64,000 nucleotides of DNA from Balanoglossus misakiensis (Eukaryota > Animalia > Hemichordata): positions 8,666,254 to 8,730,253 of the forward strand of contig CM082583.2 of assembly GCA_040954595.2 (NCBI GenBank), written 5' to 3'. A program made the position numbers and the translations under genes. Below the pieces are notes generated by a model. The model made no database searches. It saw only the letters and a list, made by a program, of their open reading frames with translations, and had not been told where the DNA came from. Positions 54,779-64,000 of this stretch are shown here, piece by piece. Each line of letters begins with the position of its first letter. The first letter of the stretch is position 1.

Positions 54779-57700
54779 CTGTAATAATACGAGAAAATGG
54801 TTATTCTGTCATGTGGTAAGAAACGTGATAGTATCAATCGTTGTTCATTCCATGTTTAGGGACTTTTCAGTAGAAACCGAGCCTCAACAATGCGGCACAT
54901 ACCCGTACACCTTGTTCCACTGGCCAATAAACCTACAGATTCCTGAACGAGGGTGTAAAATTTACTTCGAGAACATGGTTGGCCGGAACTGGCGATGAGG
55001 GCCATGACGTCATATCCACGGTGGGCATGACGCGAATGCACGCTAATTTGTCACAACGTTTAGGCTTCATACGACCTCATCTCTCAAAATGCAAAGTTTC
55101 GATTGTGGGATGGGGCTAATTGGTGGAAACGCATACCTGTAGATCTGTCGGCATTGTTTTTCACGGTGTCCAGGAGCAGGTGGGTAAACAGAATGAGAAC
55201 CGGGTGGCAATGGGATTCTTCAACTACTAAGAACCCGACATACGCTCTGTAACCTATAGATGAAGAATGGAAACATTAATAGGTAACATAAATATAATAG
55301 GTGTCCACAACTCGCGACTCCAGACTTTTCTGCAAAGTACGCATGAATTCGGAACTACTCGGGTGTTTCCGTAGCTTATCGTTTTCAGGTTTTCGGTCAC
55401 TACGCGTCATCAACGCGAAGGATGCCACGTACAAACTCAGTTCGGATACTGAAACAAATGTTGGCCAAGTCCAACGAGAACGAGTCGACATGGTAACATG
55501 ATGCAATTAATTATGACCATGATGGTACCTGGGTCCAGCATTTCAACGTCTCGTTGCAAAACACTGTGGTCCAGCCTTCCCAGAAACAGCAGTCCGAATA
55601 TCATACCCCTTAGCAACCTCGACATCGACGTGAACAAACCGAGCAGTACGTTGAAGTAAAACATGAAGAACGTGGTCACGTGAAACAGGCGCCTGGAGAG
55701 AGAGAGAAAAAAAAGAGAAAAAACAAATAGTGTATGTATACGTAGATTATCATTATCATGGTTCAGTGACGAATTTCATGTTCACTTTTATTGAAGTTCC
55801 ATCTCAGGTCATCATGCTTTAAACGAAAGTGTGTTACGCAGTGGCCGTCTGCAGCGCACTGTGACTGGAGAGCGATTGTACAATTTTTATTCAACGGGGC
55901 GCCGCCAATCTCCGAATTAATACTGTGAAGAAAAGTGTCAGTATTGTTTTTTTAAAACAAGACTGTTCAATTGACAGAAACAACTCAAAGCCTTACCGGT
56001 TATCAAGATTCAAATGCCGAGCGCCATCTTGTAGGAACACGTGTCTGGACAGCATCAGTTGTGACATGTGAAGAATGAGGCCGAAGACACCGGAGGGCCT
56101 GCAGTCAATCAGCCAGTGCGCGCGCAAGTTAACAGAGAGAAATTGTTAGCAGGAAGAATGCATGAAAATGTGCCATGAGATACATAATCTTTCACGATTT
56201 GGTTGTCCATTTTCTGAAGACAATTCTCTGGTTTATCTACAGTTGTTTTTTTTACGCTTCAAATGACAAAGCTATACTTACCATATGATATGGATGTTTT
56301 TGTAGAAGAATGAGTGTACATCGTGCTTCATCGGCAAAATGATTTCATAAAATAACAGGCATAGCACCACGAAGAACGCCATTTGAAGCGTAACAAAAGC
56401 TGCAAAGGGAAAGAAAACACTCATGCTCCAATACACTCATTGATTTGCAGGTGAATACGCCGTGTTCCAGTGTGTGCATCGGATGTGCGGTATTTTAGCC
56501 ATGGGTCTTGCGTCATGTGTATTCAACCTACAGACAGTGGTTAAATATGTAATTTCTTGCGGGATGTGCATGCACTTCAAATGTTGATGTCGAAAAAGTA
56601 AACAAGGCGTGGTATTTTAGACGAGCCATTCAAATACCGCCCGCTTTCGCCAATAAGTGTTTTATGTACATCTGTGGTGTACATGAACAATGCACCAACT
56701 ATCAATGTCTGTCTGTCTGTCTACCTCTCACTCTCTCGTCGCCATAACTTACCCCAAATAAGGTAACCAATTTGGTACCCACCATATTTGAAACTCCGAG
56801 TCTAATAATTAAAAAGGCCCAGTTAGTCTTATATTTAGTAATTCTTATATAGTGTATCATTACATATATATATATCGGTCTAGTATTACATATTGGGTTA
56901 ATTATTATATATTGGGGTGATACAAGTTATAACATAAGCAGGAGATGGGAGAGGGGTCACTAAATGATTGCCGATCTCATCTTTTGTTCTGGCGTGGACT
57001 GTCCTTACCAATATATTCGTTGGCGCACCAATCTGTGCAGGCAGAAAAGTCTTGTCTCCAGAAAACATCCTCACAAGGTGATTTCTGCGGAATAAACGAA
57101 ACGCCCTTTGTGCACTTACAACGCATTATTATTATCAAAGACTCATGTGAACACTCAGGTCAGTTAGCATATCTCGAGGTGTAAAGGTAACCGCTGTCAG
57201 TAGAAGGTACTTCAACGCCACAACGAAACGTAATGACCAAACCGGGCACATATGTAAGAAAAAACCTATACAAACATGATAAAACTTACCTGTATGTCAG
57301 TATACTATTCACCACGAAGTATGCCATCACCACGAGTGTGATTGTAAGACACACAACGGCCAGATCTTCAAATATGACAAAAAAGAAAGATAACACGCTC
57401 TAATCAATCGCACGCGTAAAAACCAAAACTCTCTCGATTTCGTATCCAACTTTGTATGTCCCCTCATACGTGAGAACGCGAAAGCTTACTTTCAAGATTG
57501 TCTATGAGATCCGCCCACAGCAGGTACGTTCGATAGTCACTGCCGTGTGTCAGGAAGAAAGCCATGAATTGCAGAATGCTTTGCTCCAACTGTTCTTCCA
57601 TGTATCCAAACAGAAACAGTTCATATATGGTCAGCTGTAAAGGAGAAAAAACTCTTTAAATAGTACAGCTAAATACAATCTGTCCACCTTGCTACATGTA

Positions 57701-60700
57701 CATCTTTAAAGGTATACAGTCACCTATGGAAAATTAGCTATAGTTACCATGGTAAACTGAGATCTAGCCAATCACAGATTTTCAGTGGGTGGCACTCGCG
57801 AAAAAAAGAGCGCCGCCATATGTTCTTTTCGAACGCTCAAATACGCCATTTCAGCCATATATGGGCGTATATACATTGGAGGTGACTGTATACCTTTAAT
57901 GTACAGTCACTGAGATAAGTTAACATATTTGCCTACTCCACACCGTACGTACATACCTACATACAGACAGACAGACATACACACATACATTCAGACAGAC
58001 CAGACAGACACACACACGCACAAATAGCAGATTGGCAGACAGAAATGTACTCATACGAATATATAGTTACCTGATATAGAGCAATAATTGCAACCATAAA
58101 TGTCGCAAAAATACGTGTTGAATATTGAAACCCAGGGACGGATTTATAGCAGTGGCGTCGAATTGATAACATTAACGCTCGCACTTTCGGAAGGGAGACT
58201 TCAGTGTAGTCGCTTGTGTTGTGCGTTGCACTAGACAAAGAAAGTAACAGAGACAAAGAAAGTAACAGCGCCATCTTTAGAATTTTGTCCCAAGCTATAA
58301 TAGGTGCATTCATAGATATCTCGAGAATTACTACTCGGATGATTTGCACTTGTCACAGACACGAATGAGCAATCTTGTTGCCTTGAAAAGTAAAACGTTA
58401 ACAGCGTTGGGCTTGTTATCACATTCAGTTCACTTCCGAATCTCTGCTTCCTGATCCAAGCCTGATGCACAAAAAATGTGAACTTACTCCAAGCGTTTTC
58501 TCTTGGGCCTGCGAGCCAAGAGGTTCCTCACGTAAATACGGCACGGTGTCTCCATCGCCGAACATTCTCTGTCGGATTTCTGTTGAAAAGCACATAAAAG
58601 GCACGGTTGTTATTACGGAAACGCGAGCAATAATCACCAAAGGATGAACACAATACTTCGGTACAGTCACAAAATGGCGGGAAGATTTTTAAAAATCGCA
58701 AAACGATACCTGTTGTCCGCATTTTCTGATTTGTCGTAGTTCCCGGCAAAATTGCACGACGAAATTCATCCACACAACTCCATTAACCAGCCACTGTGGC
58801 GTGATCTGCCATCCAATAAACTGTGGAGGAGAAGGTTTGGATGGTATGTTGCAAACTCTCTTGAAGAAACACAGTAAAGGTACCCAAAGATTGTGATTTT
58901 AAAGGCTAGTGTGTGACGAATATATATAACACCACCCTTTTCATGTCCATTCATTGTTTCGCTATTTTAAAGAAGAATTTCCACATCCGCGGAAGTTTCT
59001 ACACCGAGTTTCAGTTTTATGGTATAACATGGGCGGGAGGCCAATCGGTGGACTATAGGAGGCTCGGGTCGCGCGTCACGCCCGAGATGCACCGGTATTC
59101 AATATCTGAGCGGCACGAGTTCAGTATCTGGCTTCAGAACACCATGAAAAGAACACCTGGTGTAAAACATGACCAATCATGGAAGCAAACACGTGTATGG
59201 AGATTACAATTGGTAGAGAGTGACCGCGATCACTTGATTGGCTAGCTCCCCAGGTGCTTCAAACATTAAACGCGCCTCTTCTACGCGCATGTCACCACGT
59301 TCACGGCGGAAGAATCGTGTCGGATGGCAAGGATTTATTCGTGACCCAAAACACGTTGTGAGAAGTGAAGCTGAAAACAACACGAAGAGGGTGACGAAGA
59401 TGACTCGTACGGTTGTTCCAGGATTTGGAGAGAAGTTCCCGGGCCAATTTTGCAAGACTGCGTTGAAAGAAACTGCGCCCTTCCTTCCCAGTCAACCGAA
59501 GTCCGATCCTGTCAAGCTACAGGTGAGCATACCCCACCTTCTATCACCTAGTCTCAGTATATGCAGCATGATTGCAGTGTCAATACTCCGCAGAACAAGA
59601 TGGCGCCTCTGAGCACCACACGTGGAACTTGTGGAGAACATCATTCGTTACATTATCTTGTTCTTGGGGAATATCTAGTAGTAATCATGCTCTTATAAGA
59701 CTTAGTGTAATTGTTCGTTTGTGTGTGTGTCCTTTGCATGGCATTTTATCAGCCCCGCATGTGGTTAAACGTGCAGAAAGTCGACGGTATCGCTGGGAGG
59801 GAGAATGTCACGCGTGAACAAAGCGGCTGGACGGGGGTAGTGTTGTTAACGGACATGAACACGCGGAAATTTGCGGAAATGTGCACAGTTCAGTGAACTA
59901 GAAACTATAATTTTAGAATATTACACCCCCGAGATATGAAAGCAATGAATAACAAGCAAATTAATGACTCTGCAATCAATATTTTATGTAATTACATGAT
60001 GAGGCTTTCTTGGCTCAATGATTTATTGTTTACCATCTCTTTTGTACTAACAGTCGTTTAGATATTGTGTGTAGAGTAGATTCTGTTAGACTTTGATATT
60101 GGGACAGATCAGTAAAATGCAGGCAGTTCATCACCGACATAACTACATTGTAATACATGTATTAGTAAAAGACGATGTGATATACTGTCAAGGCAGGCTA
60201 AACTCCGAGTTGGAGACTCATTTGGGCTTGTTGTCATAAACTCTCGCGAGAGGGCGCGGGATTACTCACCCTGGCGTACACATCACCGTGGCACACCACC
60301 GATTCCACGATCCAAATCACATGACAGAAGGAGACGTAGAGAACACCGAGAGACGACCCCACCAATCTATTTCTCACGCCGAGGCAGGCAAAGAAGGGAT
60401 AATACTCTAAGACGATCAACGTCACATTGATGGCGCCGTTGAAAACTGAAATGAAAAATCAACGCATATGCTGTAAAAATTAAGTCAAGTTGCTTTTGTA
60501 GGTGACGTGACTTGGCTCTATTCGGCCTCCGTCCGGAAAGTGGTGCCATTTGGTGCACTAATTGAACACGGATCAATTAGTGTTCTATTTTATTTCGCGA
60601 GGCCCCTGCCATAATTACGGCCGCGTACAATGACCATATCATACCAACAGATCGTATGTTGACACGCCAGGATAATAACATTAGATTTAGGAGACTGTGA

Positions 60701-63700
60701 TTATGCAATTTGTATACCACGATATTTCACTAAAACCACAACCATTAAAATATCATGGTATGTAAACTGCATATTCACGTGTTCTTCATGTGTGATCCGT
60801 GTATCACCACTAATATGTATGTGTGTGTATCTGCCTGCCTGTCTGCCCGAGTGTCTGTCCGTCTGTCTGCCCGCCTAGCTGCAAGTGACGAATGACAACT
60901 TTAACACGCCCACGACACTTACCGGCGCCGTAGTAACTTTTCCCGATACTTAACCGATAATTGGCGAAAAAGATGTCGAGAATTGAGAATGCTGTCGCTC
61001 CGAATGCGGAGAGATAACCTATCCTGTCCTTGTGGTCGTCCAGAAGGTTAACGGGACTGCAAATACACAACAATATTAGTGCATGCCTTGTAAAGAGAAG
61101 TTACTATAAAATGAAAGCTCCATGAGCTGTCACTTTTCGCATTTTTCTCATGAACATTTAAACTAAAAATATTAATATTGAATCAGATAAGACCATATAA
61201 TTAGTTTCACTTGTAACAATACAAATAGTCAACAAATGCCAAACTTACACTGGTATTCCCGGTCTCCCATTGCAACAATTCAGATGTCGAAATTTCCTCT
61301 TCTCCAGAAAGGATATTGCTGTGAGAACTAAAATCTGAGCGAAAGCAGAAAGTTACAGTACTACTGTGAGTCTGGAGGCAATTCATAATTCTATACAGAG
61401 GTGATTCATTCCGTGTGGCCTTGTTACAATGGTTCATTATTATTAATTTGTGGTAACATTCAGATTAGCGGGTAGGTTAGCTCAGTACTAATTAGAAATT
61501 ACATGTTGCAAGGTCTTTATTATTCCACCTCGCGTACATTACAGAGAAATGTTCTATTCGGCATTCCTATTTCAGAAGTATAGCATAAATTCTTTGGACT
61601 AAATCCACCTATAAAGGTTGCATTTCTCAATTTAGTCAGCCTTTAGCCCAAACACCCTTTTGTCACATTCAGAGATGTAGGAGTTCAGTGTTTATACACG
61701 TTAGCATGGTAACAACTGGGCTGAAGGCCAACTAAATACGCCAGCCAGCTGTCTGCGCAAACGCAAGCGAAACAAAGGCCGAAACGACACGCGCGTCTGC
61801 AGACTGCAGTCTAGCAGATGGCTCAGATGAAATCGTTTGAAAATAGAAACTGTTCCTAACGTTTGAAACTGTTTGGAAGCGCAGTTAGGTGTATCTGTTG
61901 TCCAGAACGGACCACGGATTCTGAGAGAGGGATTCTCGAAGGAAATCTACTCAATTTTGTGGAGGTCGCTGCAAAGGACGCTTACCTCTGTAAATAAATA
62001 TTTTATCAATCAATCTAATTAATTGTCTAGTAAATGACCACTTAGTGAAATGGCTTATTATTTTCCAATTGTTTCACACTATATCAACAAGGTCGCACAG
62101 AGCAACAGTATCTGCACAGCATTTCAAAATTTTAATAAGTAAATATAGCATGAAAACAGTACTATCAATAAATTCCACTCACTGTTTTTTTTAATTCATT
62201 GTCTAAAAACAACATGCTTCTCTTAGAATTTAATTTTGTGAATAAGAAAAAAAACATTATTCATCCATGCTTGAACGCAAACCGCACTGGCTAATAATTT
62301 GTTTGTGTGTATAGTGTTTGTTCACCACGCGTGTGTGTGTTACGTTTACTACGAATAACCAAATTTCATGGAAAAGAGAGATTGACGCAACACTATATTG
62401 GTTTCTTCTAAGTTCTCATCATCAACCGGCTTGTATCGTGGATCAACTTAGTTAAAACGTATTAGATAATGATGCCCAAGGAATCGTCTCTCTGAATTGT
62501 GCGCAAAGTTGATAATCAATATACCTTTAGACACAATAATGTTTGATTAATTAATGTTTGATTAATTAATTAGAAACCATAGTTTGAATTATGTGACAAC
62601 ATCACCATGTACTTACCGAAGGCAATGCAGCCAACAATACTAGCTTGTATGGCTTCCTTGCAAAGCAAGCAATAGCAGATAAGGTGGTTCTGAAAAATGT
62701 TGAGAGGACTATCTTTGTTCACAGAACGGACAAGTGGTTTACAACAGTCGGGATTACAGTGCGCATTGTGAATGTTCCGAAAGCTTAAAGGTTGAAATTT
62801 AATTAAAATCCGCACTAGATTTTTTTAGTCAACAACAGAAATGGTCCACACATATACATAGGCCACATAGACCATGTGCACAAGCGAAAAACATACTCCA
62901 GGGAGCATAACAAGAAACTAAAGTTGATAAAAAGAAGTGAGGAAAAGCAGTAAGAAGTTTAAACCTAATGTCAATAAGACTATTAAAACGGCACTGACCC
63001 TTCCATCGGGGTGCTTTCAGTGGTCGTCATGGGCGAGGTGTACTCACTGAAACGAGAAAAGCCTTTAAATAGTCCACATATCGTAACGGAGGATATCGTT
63101 ACATTATAATTATTAGGGAATGAACAGAAATTGCATGCGGAGGGTGGGTGTTTCTCCCTTAAAATGATACTGTATATTAGTGACTCTTCAAAAATCGTTC
63201 CGCAAAAATAGTGACCCACCCTCTCCGGCCTGTGATTTATGCCCAGTGCCTTAGAATGGGTGCAGTGAACAACAAATATGAAGGAAATTGACTTATCGCA
63301 TCCGTCGAAAACATCTTCCCAGTTTTCACGGCACATGTTTCTCAATGGCTACTTTGGTGGCAACAGAAACGTTTGAAATCCCACCTGTTTTCGCCGGCGT
63401 CGGAAGAATACATATCGGAACCAAAAAACCAGCTGCTGTTATAATCTGCGAATCCACTCGCATTCGGAAACAAGTCGACGTTGGTGCCGCTGAAGAAAGA
63501 ATTATCATAAGCCAATTTCAGCGTTATTCGTAACCATATACAAATCTCAATAAAAATTTCATTAGGCCTATAGAAAGTAGCATAACAATCAGTGGACGAG
63601 ACTGGACTGGCAAACGAGTAATTCGCGCACATTCACAAAATGTGACAACCAGGACTTGGCGAATCTAAATTACTCCCGAACTTACCTTTGACTTGGATCC

Positions 63701-63926
63701 CCGGAAACATTAACATATTGGTCGTCTGTATAATATCCGTCGTAATATAGCCAAAACGAAGCCCAATCGTAATCCCAGTCGGTAAACAAATCCTCGTACC
63801 GCGTTTGATTCAAGATGACGAGGCATCTGTCCGACTCAGCCAATCGCTCGTCCATGAAACACTTCAGATCGCCGAGAGCGTCGTGAAAAATGTTGGAGAT
63901 AGTTCCCGACAGGTCCAGAACACCGG
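54627..63926 (-). CDS. STRA6: STRA6-like (retinol-binding protein receptor family) multi-pass membrane protein, 18 coding exons, ~700 aa; 5' end uncertain
   Basis: Family motifs SFLEKR...CCNGRPGIPVPVNLL, YYPFFAC, YVRNLL, PGFQYSTR, YGGYQIGYLIW, LDNRR, GRLD, DPGYRAYVGFL..E..H.HPV, RNRWLVAYTLLNNP. All exon phases are consistent. Either an acceptor at 63927 or an in-frame ATG at 63933 could start the first exon. Confidence 0.92.
54903..54932 (-). CDS. STRA6: STRA6-like candidate 30-nt exon q
   Basis: ctgtag|GLLASGTRCT|gtatgt; symmetric phase 1, so not required for frame. Confidence 0.55.
55137..55253 (-). CDS. STRA6: STRA6-like exon p
   Basis: GYRAYVGFLVVEESHCHPVLILFTHLL. Confidence 0.92.
55529..55692 (-). 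CDS. STRA6: STRA6-like exon o
   Basis: RLFHVTTFFMFYFNVLLG...GRLDHSVLQRDVEMLDP. Confidence 0.92.
55997..56098 (-). CDS. STRA6: STRA6-like exon n
   Basis: PSGVFGLILHMSQLMLSRHVFLQDGARHLNLDNR. Confidence 0.9.
56282..56399 (-). CDS. STRA6: STRA6-like exon m
   Basis: FVTLQMAFFVVLCLLFYEIILPMK...IIW. Confidence 0.87.
56753..56801 (-). CDS. STRA6: STRA6-like exon l
   Basis: TRSFKYGGYQIGYLIW. Confidence 0.9.
57009..57084 (-). CDS. STRA6: STRA6-like exon k
   Basis: NHLVRMFSGDKTFLPAQIGAPTNIL. Confidence 0.85.
57290..57365 (-). CDS. STRA6: STRA6-like exon j
   Basis: LAVVCLTITLVVMAYFVVNSILTYR. Confidence 0.85.
57490..57634 (-). CDS. STRA6: STRA6-like exon i
   Basis: LTIYELFLFGYMEEQLEQ...DNLE. Confidence 0.85.
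57710..57895. mobile_element. Non-autonomous DNA transposon (MITE), Kolobok-type
   Basis: Perfect 16-bp TIRs AGGTATACAGTCACCT / AGGTGACTGTATACCT flanked on both sides by TTAA (57706-57709, 57896-57899). TTAA duplication with RR...YY termini fits Kolobok rather than piggyBac (CCC...GGG). Confidence 0.85.
58071..58230 (-). CDS. STRA6: STRA6-like exon h
   Basis: YKSVPGFQYSTRIFATFMVAIIALYQ. Confidence 0.9.
58488..58579 (-). CDS. STRA6: STRA6-like exon g
   Basis: KSDRECSAMETPCRIYVRNLLARRPKRKRL. Confidence 0.85.
58710..58820 (-). CDS. STRA6: STRA6-like exon f
   Basis: FIGWQITPQWLVNGVVWMNFVVQFCRELRQIRKCGQQ. Confidence 0.8.
60270..60445 (-). CDS. STRA6: STRA6-like exon e
   Basis: LEYYPFFACLGVRNRLVGSSLGVLY. 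Confidence 0.9.
60923..61056 (-). CDS. STRA6: STRA6-like exon d
   Basis: PVNLLDDHKDRIGYLSAFGATA... Confidence 0.9.
61249..61334 (-). CDS. STRA6: STRA6-like exon c
   Basis: ILVLTAISFLEKRKFRHLNCCNGRPGIP. Confidence 0.9.
61630..61737. mobile_element. Small inverted-repeat element (degenerate MITE)
   Basis: 21-nt arms ATTTAGTCAGCCTTTAGCCCA and TGGGCTGAAGGCCAACTAAAT, 18/21 complementary. Confidence 0.55.
62617..62689 (-). CDS. STRA6: STRA6-like exon b
   Basis: TTLSAIACFARKPYKLVLLAALPS|gtaagt. Confidence 0.75.
63686..63926 (-). CDS. STRA6: STRA6-like exon a (N-terminal extracellular segment)
   Basis: GVLDLSGT...VNVSGDPSQ, AG|gtaag donor; phase fits next exon. Confidence 0.65.
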
Positions 63927-64000
63927 CTATCATCGTGTACAGTAAAACAACAAAAGAAAAGTCCACCAGATAGGTCTTAACTCCTTTCAGAAAGAAACGC

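Noticed and set aside
58233-58268. 18-nt direct duplication of the polypyrimidine tract before STRA6-like exon h
   Set aside because: The upstream copy lacks an AG, so it creates no new acceptor; ordinary slippage.

Overview
This is eukaryotic, intron-rich metazoan DNA. The gene content, TACATGTA enrichment, poly-G/C runs and MITE types suggest an invertebrate deuterostome, probably an echinoderm (inference). I built four minus-strand protein-coding genes by hand from GT-AG boundaries with consistent exon phases. (1) A complete class IX myosin (Myo9; RA-motor-IQ-SAH-C1-RhoGAP): 31 coding exons at 1295-26547, about 2106 aa, with a likely 5' non-coding exon and promoter near 32.5-32.7 kb. (2) A FAM174-family membrane protein (169 aa). 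(3) A rhodopsin-class GPCR with a single coding exon (387 aa). (4) A STRA6-like retinol-receptor family gene: 18 coding exons at 54627-63926, about 700 aa, whose 5' end may lie beyond the window. There is also a Kolobok-type MITE with TTAA target duplication, a small inverted-repeat element and several microsatellites. I see no prokaryotic system, CRISPR array, rRNA or tRNA. The best leads are candidate cassette exons in the Myo9 loop-2 insert, a duplicated splice donor behind a stop codon, the Myo9-FAM174-STRA6 linkage matching a vertebrate paralogon, and an apparent CpG/methylation domain boundary near 36 kb.
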